Positions 27,329-36,881 of a stretch of 64,000 bases of DNA are shown here, one piece after another. Within the stretch, counting starts at the first letter, position 1. Each line of letters begins with the position of its first letter. Source of the DNA: an uncultured Verrucomicrobiae bacterium (lineage in GTDB: Bacteria > Verrucomicrobiota > Verrucomicrobiia > Limisphaerales > Palsa-1400); the NCBI GenBank assembly GCA_963707025.1, contig CAVPOM010000005.1, positions 416,001 to 480,000 on the forward strand, written 5' to 3'. Below the pieces are notes generated by a model, which did not search any database, was not told the origin of the DNA, and worked only from the letters and a program-made list of their open reading frames with translations. Position numbers and translations under genes: made by a program.

Positions 27329-30300
27329 ATGAAAAATCAAAGCGACTGTGAAGGCAACTGCGGCTGCCAGTCCGGGATGCCGCGCCGGGATTTCATTCGC
27401 CTGGGCGGCGCAGGGGCGCTCTCGGCGCTGGCTGGCCGCCTGCCGGTCATGGCCGGCCCTTTTGAGGCGGCCGATTTCGAGAAGCTGGTTCCGGCCGACA
27501 AGAAACTGGACCCCGCCTGGGTCAAGTCGCTCTTTGACCGCGGCGCTCCCGCCATCTATCGCGGCGAAGCGGAACTGAAATATATCGGGATGCCGGTGGG
27601 CGGAATCGGCTGCGGCCAGCTTTACCTGGGCGGCGATGGCAAACTTTGGCATTGGGACATTTTCAATCAGCATATCGGCACTGGTGATTCCCATTATGCC
27701 CACCCGCCCCTGCCCGCTTCACCCATCGAGCAGGAATTCAGCTTGCGCATCAATTCCGGCGGCGCGCTGAAAACTCGCCGCCTGGATCGCACCGGCTTTT
27801 CAGACGTGAACTTTTGCGGCCAGTATCCCATCGGCACCGTCCAGTACCAGGATGCCGCCTGCCCTTTGGCGGTGACGCTGGAGGCGTTTTCGCCCTTCAT
27901 TCCGCTGAACACCGGCGACTCCAGTTTGCCCGCGACGATTCTCCAATTCACCCTGCGCAACAATTCCGCCGCGCCGGTCGGGGCCACTCTCTCCGGCGAA
28001 TTGGAAAATGGCATTTGCCTGAACCACCGCTGGCAGGACGGCCTGTTGCGCAATCGGATCCTCCGCGAGCCGGGCCTGACCACGCTGCTCTGTTCGGCGG
28101 AAAAGTCCGCGCCGCCGCCGGCGCGCTGGCCGGACATTGTTTTTGAAGACTGGGCCGGGGAAAACTACGAAGGCTGGAAGGTCGAAGGCGCCGCCTTCGG
28201 CGCCGGGCCAATCCGTAAAACTGACATCCCATCCTATCAGGGCAACGTGGGCGGCGATACGGCGCGCGTGGTCAATTCGCACGCTTCCGCCCCCGGCGAT
28301 TCGGTGGCCGCCAAGGACCGGGCCGTCGGCAAGCTGACCAGCCGCGAGTTCACCATCCAACGCCGCTTCATCTCCTTCTGGATCGGCGGCGGCAAGGCGC
28401 GCCCGCCCTCGCGCCTGGGTCTGACCTTGTTCGTGGATGGCCAGCCGGTGCAGACGGCCGCCGGCGAAGACCAGAACCAGATGGCCTTGAAACATTTCGA
28501 GGTCAGCTCATGGGCCGGCAAAACGGCCCGGATTGAAATCCTGGACGACGCCACCGGCGGCTGGGGCAACGTCGGCGTGGGCAAGATCCTTTTCACCGAC
28601 CAGCCCGCCGACGCCGGGCCGCTTGAGGAATTGCCGGATTTTGGCACCATGGCCCTCGCCTTGCCCGGCCCAGCCGCCGATCAGGCCAGCGCCGACCAGA
28701 CCGCGCCGTTCCCCGGGAAATTGTCCGGCGCTCTGGGCCGCACCCTCAACCTGGCGCCGGGCGAATCGGCCCGGGTGACGTTCCTGCTCGCCTGGCATTT
28801 TCCCAATCTCTCCCTGGCCGGCCCCTTGCAGAAGGCGGGACGCTTTTACGCCACCCGGTTTCCTTCGGCCCACGCGGTCGCGCAGTATGTCGCCCGCCAA
28901 TTGGAGCGGCTGTCGGCCGAGACCCGCTTGTGGCGCGACACCTGGTACGATTCGACCCTGCCGTTCTGGTTCCTGGACCGCACCTTCCTCAACACTTCCA
29001 TTCTGGCCACCTCGACCTGCTTTCGTTTTGCCAACGGACGCTTTTACGGTTGGGAGGGGGTGGGCTGTTGCGAGGGAACCTGCGGCCACGTCTATCACTA
29101 CGCCCAGGCGGCGGCGCGGCTTTTTCCCGAGCTGGAACGCGGCACGCGCGAGCACATTGATTTCGGCAGCGCCCTGCAGCCGGACGGCGCGATTCATTTT
29201 CGCGGCGAGTTCAACAACATCCCCGCCGTGGACGGACAGGCCGGGACGGTGTTGCGCGCCCTGCGCGAACATCAGATGTCGGCCGACGCGGCCTTTCTCC
29301 AGCGCAACTGGCCCAAGATCAAGCGGGCCACGCAATGGCTCATCGCCAAGGACGCCAAGGGGGACGGTCTGATCGAGGGGAACCAGCACAATACTCTTGA
29401 CACCGATTGGTTCGGGCCGGTCGCCTGGTCGAGCGGGCTGTATCTCGCCGCCCTGAGCGCGGCGGCGGCCATGGCCGGGGAAGCCGGCGACCCGGAGTTC
29501 GCGCGGCAGTGCCGCGGCATTCTTGAGCAGGGCCAACAAAACCTGGTCGCGCAACTTTTCGACGGCGAGTATTTCATCAACAAAGTGGACCCCAAACATC
29601 TGGACGCCATCAATTCCGGCACCGGCTGCGAGATTGACCAGGTGTTCGGGCAAAGCTGGGCCTTTCAAGTCGGGCTGCCGCGCCTCCTCCCGCGGAAGGA
29701 AACTTTGTCCGCGCTGCAATCGCTGTGGCGCTACAATTTTTCGCCCGATGTCGGTCCTTATCGCGCGGCCTACAAAACCGGGCGCTGGTATGCGATGGCG
29801 GGCGAGGCCGGCCTGCTCATGTGTTCGTTTCCTCGGCGCGACTGGGATTACGCGCAAGCCAGGGGCAAAGGCCCGGATTGGGCGGCGGGCTATTTCAACG
29901 AGTGCATGAATGGGTTCGAGTACCAGGCCGCCGGCCACATGATCCGGGAAGGCCTGACCCTGCAAGGCCTGGCCGTGGCGCGCGCCGTGCATGACCGTTA
30001 CCACGCCGCGCGCCGCAATCCGTGGAACGAAGTCGAGTGCGGCGATCACTACGCCCGCAGCATGGCCAGCTACGGCGTTTACCTGGCCGCCTGCGGCTTC
30101 GAGTGCCATGGGCCAAAGGGTTATCTGGCCTTTGCTCCGCGGGTCAGTCCCCAGGATTTCCGGGCCGCCTTTACCAGCGCCGAAGGATGGGGCGCCTTCA
30201 GCCAGAAGTTAACCGGCACAAAGACGACCGCCGCCCTGGACCTCAAGTGGGGAAAACTGCGCCTGGCCACCCTCGCCGTGGCGGCGGCTGCCCCTCCGGC

Positions 30301-30433
30301 CTCCGTTCACGCGCAGTGCAATGGCGCCGACGCGCCCGCCAGCCATCGCTTTGCAGACGGACGGGTGTTGATTGCCTTCGCCCCGGAGCTGCAACTTGCC
30401 CAAGGCCAGCAGCTCCGCGTCACCCTGGAGTGA
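27329..30433 (+). CDS. GH116-family glycoside hydrolase, Tat-exported
   Basis: PRRDFIRL Tat motif; IGMPVGGIGCG, EAFSPFIP, WEGVGCC, HNTLD, RNPWNEVECGDHYARSM. Confidence 0.82.
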   Translation: MKNQSDCEGNCGCQSGMPRRDFIRLGGAGALSALAGRLPVMAGPFEAADFEKLVPADKKLDPAWVKSLFDRGAPAIYRGEAELKYIGMPVGGIGCGQLYLGGDGKLWHWDIFNQHIGTGDSHYAHPPLPASPIEQEFSLRINSGGALKTRRLDRTGFSDVNFCGQYPIGTVQYQDAACPLAVTLEAFSPFIPLNTGDSSLPATILQFTLRNNSAAPVGATLSGELENGICLNHRWQDGLLRNRILREPGLTTLLCSAEKSAPPPARWPDIVFEDWAGENYEGWKVEGAAFGAGPIRKTDIPSYQGNVGGDTARVVNSHASAPGDSVAAKDRAVGKLTSREFTIQRRFISFWIGGGKARPPSRLGLTLFVDGQPVQTAAGEDQNQMALKHFEVSSWAGKTARIEILDDATGGWGNVGVGKILFTDQPADAGPLEELPDFGTMALALPGPAADQASADQTAPFPGKLSGALGRTLNLAPGESARVTFLLAWHFPNLSLAGPLQKAGRFYATRFPSAHAVAQYVARQLERLSAETRLWRDTWYDSTLPFWFLDRTFLNTSILATSTCFRFANGRFYGWEGVGCCEGTCGHVYHYAQAAARLFPELERGTREHIDFGSALQPDGAIHFRGEFNNIPAVDGQAGTVLRALREHQMSADAAFLQRNWPKIKRATQWLIAKDAKGDGLIEGNQHNTLDTDWFGPVAWSSGLYLAALSAAAAMAGEAGDPEFARQCRGILEQGQQNLVAQLFDGEYFINKVDPKHLDAINSGTGCEIDQVFGQSWAFQVGLPRLLPRKETLSALQSLWRYNFSPDVGPYRAAYKTGRWYAMAGEAGLLMCSFPRRDWDYAQARGKGPDWAAGYFNECMNGFEYQAAGHMIREGLTLQGLAVARAVHDRYHAARRNPWNEVECGDHYARSMASYGVYLAACGFECHGPKGYLAFAPRVSPQDFRAAFTSAEGWGAFSQKLTGTKTTAALDLKWGKLRLATLAVAAAAPPASVHAQCNGADAPASHRFADGRVLIAFAPELQLAQGQQLRVTLE

Positions 30434-30522
30434 GATTAGTAATTCTAATAATGACAAATGTGGCCTCGTCGTTAACCGCCATTGCCGGCAAAAGCGGCAC
30501 AAGGCGCGGGCGCGCCGGAGCA

Positions 30523-31014
30523 TCAGTTCGGGGATGGGTTTGCGGCCCACCCGACAGTTTCCCCGTCCGGCAATTTCACCACATCCTGCCGATCGGCCAC
30601 AGCATCAATGGCATGACGCCCGCCGTCCAGATAGATGGAGGTGGTCTGTCCGTCCTTAATCACCACGGGAACAATCACCCACCCGTAACGCCCCCCTTCC
30701 GCCTTTACCCGGTAGGAGCCGCCGGCCAGGGAAACGCGGGTGGGGGGCTCGCGTGTATAATCTCCTTCTATGCAGTTCGGAACCCATTTGACCAGCTTGC
30801 CGTCGTTCGCATAAACCATGTAGCCGCTGTGATCAATGGTCCAATAATTATTGAAGCATGACCACGCCGAATAAACCACCAGCGACCCGCCTCCCGATGC
30901 GGTGTAGCCGGAGGCCCCCGGGGCGGGGCCGACCGGCGGGAGCGGCCGATAAGAGGCGCACGCTGAGAGCAGGCCCAGGGAAGCGATGCCAAGCCAAAGA
31001 CTTCGATTTTTCAT
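30523..31014 (-). CDS. Small lipoprotein
   Basis: MKNRSLWLGIASLGLLSAC lipobox; AAGGAG RBS. Confidence 0.65.
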   Translation of the reverse strand: MKNRSLWLGIASLGLLSACASYRPLPPVGPAPGASGYTASGGGSLVVYSAWSCFNNYWTIDHSGYMVYANDGKLVKWVPNCIEGDYTREPPTRVSLAGGSYRVKAEGGRYGWVIVPVVIKDGQTTSIYLDGGRHAIDAVADRQDVVKLPDGETVGWAANPSPN

Positions 31015-31085
31015 ACCAAGAATCTCCTTCTTTTTTTGTTGTCCCAAACCTTCTTCCCTCCCAGAGAAATTCTACCACCCGAAGA

Positions 31086-31412
31086 TTAATGCTTGATGAA
31101 TTTAACATTAAAAAGATGTTGGTGAACCAGCGCGCACAGCTTCACGGCCAACGGATCCTTCAAGCCGTAATAAACACGCTGGCCCTCCTTTTGCCGCGCC
31201 AGGATGCCGGCTCCGGCCAGCAGGGCAAGGTGCTTGGAAACATTGGCCTGGGTCGCCCCCACCGCCGCCACAATCTCGCCGACCGTGCGCCGCCGCCGGC
31301 ACACCGCCTGCAGGATGCGCAGCCGCATCGCCTCGCCCAGCAGGCGGAAGCGCCGGGCCGTCTCTTCCAGTTGGCTGTCGGACAACAATGGGTCAAATTT
31401 GCCGGTTGACAT
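31086..31412 (-). CDS. ArsR/SmtB family repressor
   Basis: RLRILQAVC...TVGEIV...QANVSKHL...KEGQRVYY. Confidence 0.88.
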   Translation of the reverse strand: MSTGKFDPLLSDSQLEETARRFRLLGEAMRLRILQAVCRRRRTVGEIVAAVGATQANVSKHLALLAGAGILARQKEGQRVYYGLKDPLAVKLCALVHQHLFNVKFIKH

Positions 31413-31445
31413 ATTCTTAAATGGTTATATACTCATACAACGATT

Positions 31446-32027
31446 ATGAATGATTTGCAAGCCAAAACTTCCATCCAACCGCGCGAGCTCCACCGCCTGC
31501 TGGCGGCGGGGTCTCCCGCCCAACTGCTCGATGTCCGCTCCCCCGGGGAGTTTGCCGCCGCCCATGTGCCGGGGGCGAAGCTGGTCCCCCTCGACCGCCT
31601 CGATCCCGCCGCCTGGCAGCCGCAGCCCGGCGCGCCGGAAATCCCGCTCTATGTCCTCTGCCATTCCGGCGGACGCGCCCGCCGGGCGATTGACCGGCTC
31701 CAACGGGCCGGCGTTCACGGCTGCGTGCTGGTCGAAGGTGGCACCCAGGCCTGGATGGACGCGGGCCTGCCGGTCAATCTCGGTCCGAGCCGCATTTTGC
31801 CGCTGATGCGCCAGGTGCAAATCACCGTCGGACTCATCTCCGCCGCAGGCGCGGTTCTCGCCCTCGCCGTCAATCCCCTCTTTGCCATCCTGCCCCTCCT
31901 GATGGGCTGCGGTCTGGTCTTTGCCGGGATCACCGGCACCTGTGGCCTGGCGCTGCTGCTGGCGAAAATGCCGTGGAATCGCGCCCAAAGCTGCGGTTCC
32001 TGTTGCGCAACAAAAACGGGAGCGTGA
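31446..32027 (+). CDS. Rhodanese domain + DUF2892 membrane protein (YgaP-like)
   Basis: LDVRSPGEF, CHSGGR active loop, RQVQITVG, GITGTCG...MPWN. Confidence 0.85.
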   Translation: MNDLQAKTSIQPRELHRLLAAGSPAQLLDVRSPGEFAAAHVPGAKLVPLDRLDPAAWQPQPGAPEIPLYVLCHSGGRARRAIDRLQRAGVHGCVLVEGGTQAWMDAGLPVNLGPSRILPLMRQVQITVGLISAAGAVLALAVNPLFAILPLLMGCGLVFAGITGTCGLALLLAKMPWNRAQSCGSCCATKTGA

Positions 32028-32030
32028 CCC

Positions 32031-33668
32031 ATGAAGAATCCCCGTCGCATTGTCATTGTGGGAGGCGTGGCCGGAGGCGCTTCCGCCGCCGCCAAAGCGC
32101 GCCGGGTTGATGAAAATGCCCAAATCCAGATCTTCGAGCGCGGCCCCTTCATCTCCTTTGCCAACTGCGGCCTGCCCTATTTCATCGCCGGCGAAATTGA
32201 CGACCGCGCCAAACTCATCGTCATGACCCCGGAAAAATTCTGGGAGCGCTCCCGTGTGCAGGCCCATGTCAACCACGAAGTTCTTGCCATCAACCGCGCC
32301 GCGAAAACCATCTCGGTCAAACAACCCGATGGCCGGCAGCAGGAGGTGCCTTACGACAAGCTCATCCTGAGCCAGGGGGCCAAGCCGGTCGTGCCGCCCG
32401 TTCCCGGCGCAAACCTGCCCCACGTCTTCACCCTGCGCGACATCCCGGATATGGACCGGATCGCCGCCCTCCTCAACCAAGGCCAGCCGCGCCACGCCGT
32501 CGTCATCGGCGGCGGGTTTATCGGGCTGGAAATGGCCGAGGCCTTTCACCGGCGCGGTCTGCATGTCACCGTGGTGGAGCGCAACCCGCACATTCTGCCG
32601 TTGTTGGACCGCGACATGGCGGCCCACCTGCAGCAGCAAATCCGCCGCGACGATTTTGCCTTCAAAACCAGCGCCGAAGCCGCCCGCTTCACCCACGACG
32701 GCGTGGAGTTCGCCGACGGCAGCCGCTTGCCGGCGGATTTGATTCTGATGAGCGTGGGTGTCAAAGCGGAAGTGGAACTGGCCAGGGCGGCGGGCCTGGA
32801 GATCGGCCAAACCGGCGGCGTGAAAACCAACGGCCGCCTGGAGTCCTCCGACCCGAACATTTACGCCGTGGGCGACGCGGCCGAGACCATGCACGCCCTG
32901 ACGGGAGCGCGGGCGCGCATCGCTCTGGCCGGCCCGGCCAACCGGCAGGGACGCATTGCCGGCGCCAACGCGGCCGGCGCGCGCCTGATCTATCCCGGAG
33001 CGTTGGGCACCTCCATTGTCCGGGTTCTGAACATGACCGCCGGGTTCACCGGCCTGAACAGCGCCCAAGCGGCCAAGGCCGGCTTCACTTTCTTCACCAG
33101 CCTCACCCGCGACCACAGTCACGCCCATTATTATCCCGGCGCCAAACCGGTGCTGATCAAAATCGTCGCCGAGGAAGGCACCGGCCGCCTGCTCGGAGCG
33201 CAGGTCCTGGGCGAAGGCGGCGTTGACAAACGGGTGGATGTTTTGGCGACCGCCATTACCGGAAAAATGAGTGTGTTCGACCTGGAAAATCTTGACCTGG
33301 CCTATTCTCCTCCGTTCGGCTCGGCCAACGATCCGGTGAACACGGCGGGATTTGTCGCCGGCCATATCGCGCGCGGCGACCTGGCGACCGTCGCGCCGGA
33401 AACCTGGGAACCCGACGGGCAATACCTCCTGGACGTTCGCGATCCCGAAGAACTGGAGGAATTCGGCAAACTCAACCACGCGGTGAACATCCCTCTGGCC
33501 CAACTGCGGGACCGCCTGGCCGAATTGCCGCGCGACCGCCCCATCGTGACCTATTGCCAGAAAGGCCAGCGCGGCTATCTGGCCGCCTGCGCCCTCCACG
33601 GGCGGGGATTTGAGCAGGTGGCCAATTTGCGCGGCGGCTACCTCCAGTTTAAACTGGTCCGGCCATGA
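32031..33668 (+). CDS. CoA-disulfide/persulfide reductase with C-terminal rhodanese domain
   Basis: GGVAGGASAA, SFANCGLPY, GGGFIGLE, LAYSPPF, YCQKGQRG. Confidence 0.9.
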   Translation: MKNPRRIVIVGGVAGGASAAAKARRVDENAQIQIFERGPFISFANCGLPYFIAGEIDDRAKLIVMTPEKFWERSRVQAHVNHEVLAINRAAKTISVKQPDGRQQEVPYDKLILSQGAKPVVPPVPGANLPHVFTLRDIPDMDRIAALLNQGQPRHAVVIGGGFIGLEMAEAFHRRGLHVTVVERNPHILPLLDRDMAAHLQQQIRRDDFAFKTSAEAARFTHDGVEFADGSRLPADLILMSVGVKAEVELARAAGLEIGQTGGVKTNGRLESSDPNIYAVGDAAETMHALTGARARIALAGPANRQGRIAGANAAGARLIYPGALGTSIVRVLNMTAGFTGLNSAQAAKAGFTFFTSLTRDHSHAHYYPGAKPVLIKIVAEEGTGRLLGAQVLGEGGVDKRVDVLATAITGKMSVFDLENLDLAYSPPFGSANDPVNTAGFVAGHIARGDLATVAPETWEPDGQYLLDVRDPEELEEFGKLNHAVNIPLAQLRDRLAELPRDRPIVTYCQKGQRGYLAACALHGRGFEQVANLRGGYLQFKLVRP

Positions 33669-33824
33669 TGCTGCCGCCCGTGGCAATTCTCTGGAGGAAG
33701 TGCCTTTCCATGAACCACTTGGGAATTGCAGTGAGCCGGGCCATTCCAGCTCAATCAGGCTGATCAAGGCGTTTTTATGTTCTGGCAATTTGTCTTTCGT
33801 CCCGCTTCTGCTAGTTTTCAGGGC

Positions 33825-35024
33825 ATGAGTTTTGTTGGCGAGTTTGACGGCCTGCCGCTGGACGCCTTGCTGGCCGAGGCCCGGCGGGCTTCGGCGGCGG
33901 AAGCGGGCGAAAGTCTGGCCAAATCAATGGTGTCGCTGCGGGATTTCGCCCGCCTGCTGTCCCCGGCGGCGGGCGGCTTTTTGGAGGCGCTGGGCCGGCG
34001 CTCCCAGGCGCTGACCCGGCAGCGCTTCGGCAAGGTCATCCGCTTTTTCGCCCCGCTCTACCTCTCCAACGAATGTGTCAACAATTGCCAGTATTGCGGT
34101 TTCTCCCGCGACAATCCCATTCTGCGCGTCACCTTGAGCGTGCCGGAGGTGCTGGAGGAGGCGCGCGCCCTGCGCCGGCAGGGCTTTCGCAACTTGCTGC
34201 TCGTCGCGGGCGAACATCCCAAATTTATTCCCGGCTCCTATCTGGTGGAATGCGTGCGGGCCTTGCACGCCGAAATGCCCGGCCTTTCCCTGGAACTGGG
34301 CCCGATGGACACCGCCCAATACCGCGCCCTGGTCCAGGCCGGCGCGGATGGCCTGGTCGTTTACCAGGAATCTTATGATCGGGCCATTTACGCCAGCATG
34401 CACACGGCGGGGCCGAAGCGCGATTTCAATTGGCGCCTGGCCACGCCGGAACGGGCTTACGCCGCGGGCTTTCGCCGGCTGGGCATCGGCGCCTTGTTTG
34501 GTTTGGGCGATTGGCGGCGCGAAGCGTTGAGTGTGGCCGCTCATGCCTTGTTTCTGTTGCGCCATTGCTGGAAGGCGCAATTGACCATCTCGCTGCCGCG
34601 CCTGCGCCCCTGCGCGGGCGAATTCCAGCCGCCGACCCGTTTGGAGGACCGCGAGCTGGCGCAGTTGATTTGCGCCTTTCGCCTCTTGTTTCCAGACGCC
34701 GGGCTGGTGCTCTCCACGCGCGAACCGGCCGGGCTGCGCGACGGCCTGATTCCCCTGGGCATTACCATGATCAGCGCGGGGAGCCACACCGAGCCGGGCG
34801 GATACACCGGGGCCGGCCGCGAGAAAACTCATCTGACGCAGCGCGGACGCATGACGGCCCCGGCCACGGGCGCCAGCGAGTGGGCCTGCCTGCCGGGCGC
34901 CACCAACGCCACGGGCCAGTTTGAAATTGCCGACCATCGTTCGCCGGGCGAAGTCGCCGCCCGGGTGCGCCAACTCGGCTACGAGCCGGTCTGGAAAGAC
35001 TGGGACACAGCGTTGACGGCATGA
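33825..35024 (+). CDS. thiH: 2-iminoacetate synthase ThiH (radical SAM)
   Basis: FAPLYLSNECVNNCQYCGF, YQESY, ISLPRLRP, LSTRE, SAGSHTEPGGY, QFEIADHR, WKDWD. Confidence 0.9.
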   Translation: MSFVGEFDGLPLDALLAEARRASAAEAGESLAKSMVSLRDFARLLSPAAGGFLEALGRRSQALTRQRFGKVIRFFAPLYLSNECVNNCQYCGFSRDNPILRVTLSVPEVLEEARALRRQGFRNLLLVAGEHPKFIPGSYLVECVRALHAEMPGLSLELGPMDTAQYRALVQAGADGLVVYQESYDRAIYASMHTAGPKRDFNWRLATPERAYAAGFRRLGIGALFGLGDWRREALSVAAHALFLLRHCWKAQLTISLPRLRPCAGEFQPPTRLEDRELAQLICAFRLLFPDAGLVLSTREPAGLRDGLIPLGITMISAGSHTEPGGYTGAGREKTHLTQRGRMTAPATGASEWACLPGATNATGQFEIADHRSPGEVAARVRQLGYEPVWKDWDTALTA

Positions 35025-35872
35025 CAACTCCCCGCCTCTCCAGACGAAGATTCCTGGCCTGCCTCGGGGCGGGCGGCCTGGGCCTGGCCGGCGACGGGGG
35101 CCTGGTCGAGCCGTTTCGCCTGCGCGTGGGACGCCACGAATGCAAAATCCGCGCGCCCGCGCCGGATCGTCCCTTGAAACTGTTGCATTTGTCCGACCTC
35201 CACGCCTCCTGGGCCGTCAGCCTTGGCTTCATTGAGGAGGCCGTCGAACTGGGGCTGCAATTGAAACCGGACCTGATTTGCATCACCGGCGATTTTATCA
35301 CCCGCCAATATGCCGCCTTTGATGCCTACGCGCGCGTGCTGGCCAGATTGTCGGCGGCGGCTCCCGTTTTCGCCTGCCTGGGCAACCACGACGGAGGCCG
35401 CTGGGCCAGGGTCAACGGCGGCTATGAATCCACCGAGCACGTCCGCCAATTGCTCCAGCAGAGCCGCATCGAATTGTTGCACGATCGTTGCGCCACTCTC
35501 CGGCTCAACGGCCGCGAGGTCATCCTGACCGGCGTGGCCGATGCCTGGTCGGAGGACTTGAATCTGGCCGCGGCTTTTCCGCCGGCCGCGGCGGGCGGCG
35601 ACGCGACCCGCATTTTGCTGTCCCACAATCCAGACACCAAGGAGTTTCTGAAGTTCCATCCCTGGGACTTGCTCTTGTGCGGCCATACCCACGGCGGCCA
35701 GGTGGTCCTGCCGTGGCTGGGCGCGCCCTGGACGCCCGTGCGCGACCAGCGATTTATCGCCGGACTGTATTCCTGGGACCATCGCTGGATTCACATCACC
35801 CGCGGCGTCGGCAATGTGCATGGCCTGCGCTTTAATTGCCCGCCGGAAGTCAGCCTCCTGGCCCTCCTTTGA
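35021..35872 (+). CDS. Metallophosphoesterase (YaeI-like) with Tat-like leader
   Basis: SRRRFL, SDLH, TGD, GNHD, SHNPD, GHTHGGQ. Confidence 0.85.
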   Translation: MTTPRLSRRRFLACLGAGGLGLAGDGGLVEPFRLRVGRHECKIRAPAPDRPLKLLHLSDLHASWAVSLGFIEEAVELGLQLKPDLICITGDFITRQYAAFDAYARVLARLSAAAPVFACLGNHDGGRWARVNGGYESTEHVRQLLQQSRIELLHDRCATLRLNGREVILTGVADAWSEDLNLAAAFPPAAAGGDATRILLSHNPDTKEFLKFHPWDLLLCGHTHGGQVVLPWLGAPWTPVRDQRFIAGLYSWDHRWIHITRGVGNVHGLRFNCPPEVSLLALL

Positions 35873-36082
35873 ATGAAGCCCGGCTTTGTCATCGCCAACG
35901 GACGGAAAACGGCCGCCGCCGTGCCTTGTTCCCTGGAAGACTTTCTTATTGACAACAAGCTGCCCCCCCGCAGCGTCGTGGTGGAACACAACGGGGAAGC
36001 CGTCGCCCCTTCCCAATTCAGCCAGCGCCGCCTGGCCCAGGGCGACCGCCTGGAAATCGTGAAAATCGTGGCCGGAGGCTAG
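35873..36082 (+). CDS. thiS: Sulfur carrier protein ThiS
   Basis: VVVEHNGE...GDRLEIVKIVAGG with C-terminal GG. Confidence 0.9.
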   Translation: MKPGFVIANGRKTAAAVPCSLEDFLIDNKLPPRSVVVEHNGEAVAPSQFSQRRLAQGDRLEIVKIVAGG

Positions 36083-36087
36083 GGAAC

Positions 36088-36786
36088 ATGCCCTCGGAAA
36101 CGCTGAACCCGGACATCGCGGCGCTGGCGGCGGCCCTCCCATCCGAACTGCTTTTCGGCCAGGTTCTGATCCGGCGCGCCGGCTCCGGATTTGAATTGCG
36201 CCACCTGGCCGATCGCCAGAGCGAACCCGGCGGCCTGCGCCTGCTGTCGGACGGCCAGATCCGCTCCCTGGCCCAGTTCAATTCCCGCGGCCAATTTCGT
36301 CCCCTCAAGTCCGCGCCCGATTTGCCCGCCGGCTGGCGGATCAACGCGCCCGATGCGCGGGCTTTGGCAACCGCTCTCAGCCGCCTTTATCCCGGCGCGG
36401 TGGCCGATTGGTTCGCGGCGCAGTCGGTCCCGCCCCCCGTCACCTCCTGGCGCCAATTCACCGCCCGCCAGACCGGCATGTATCGCATCACCACCCGCCT
36501 GGACGACGCGGCCGCCGGGGTGATGGCGCGCGCCTGCTGTCATAAAGATTTTTGTCTGAAACGCCGGCTCTGGACGGTGGGCGGCGGGAAGGGCGGTGAT
36601 CCGGCCGAAAAAAGCGTGATCCCGTGCCTGGAGCCGTGCGCCATCCTGCTGGAATACGCCCGCAAAATCGCCCGCCTGCAACAGCGGCCCACCCCGCCTC
36701 CCGCCAAGGCTCCTCCCCAAACCACCGCCGGCCCCGCCGCCGCCGAAGGCGATTCCAGCGCGCCCAACCATCCGCGGCTCGTGTGA
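36088..36786 (+). CDS. DR2241-family (CbiX-associated C-terminal-like) Fe-S protein
   Basis: FELRH.AD, GQFRPLKSAPDLPAGW, LYPGA, RQTGMY, CCHKDFCLKRRLW, PCLEPC. Confidence 0.7.
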   Translation: MPSETLNPDIAALAAALPSELLFGQVLIRRAGSGFELRHLADRQSEPGGLRLLSDGQIRSLAQFNSRGQFRPLKSAPDLPAGWRINAPDARALATALSRLYPGAVADWFAAQSVPPPVTSWRQFTARQTGMYRITTRLDDAAAGVMARACCHKDFCLKRRLWTVGGGKGGDPAEKSVIPCLEPCAILLEYARKIARLQQRPTPPPAKAPPQTTAGPAAAEGDSSAPNHPRLV

Positions 36787-36881
36787 TTCTGTCTGGAAAG
36801 GCGAACAGCGGCGGCGGAGACAGGATGCCACCAGACCGTCTCATTCTATTTGACAGATGGCGCGACGCCAGCCCGCGGCGG

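Noticed and set aside
33670..33824. TPP riboswitch before thiH
   Set aside because: No CTGAGA core or matching TPP stems seen.
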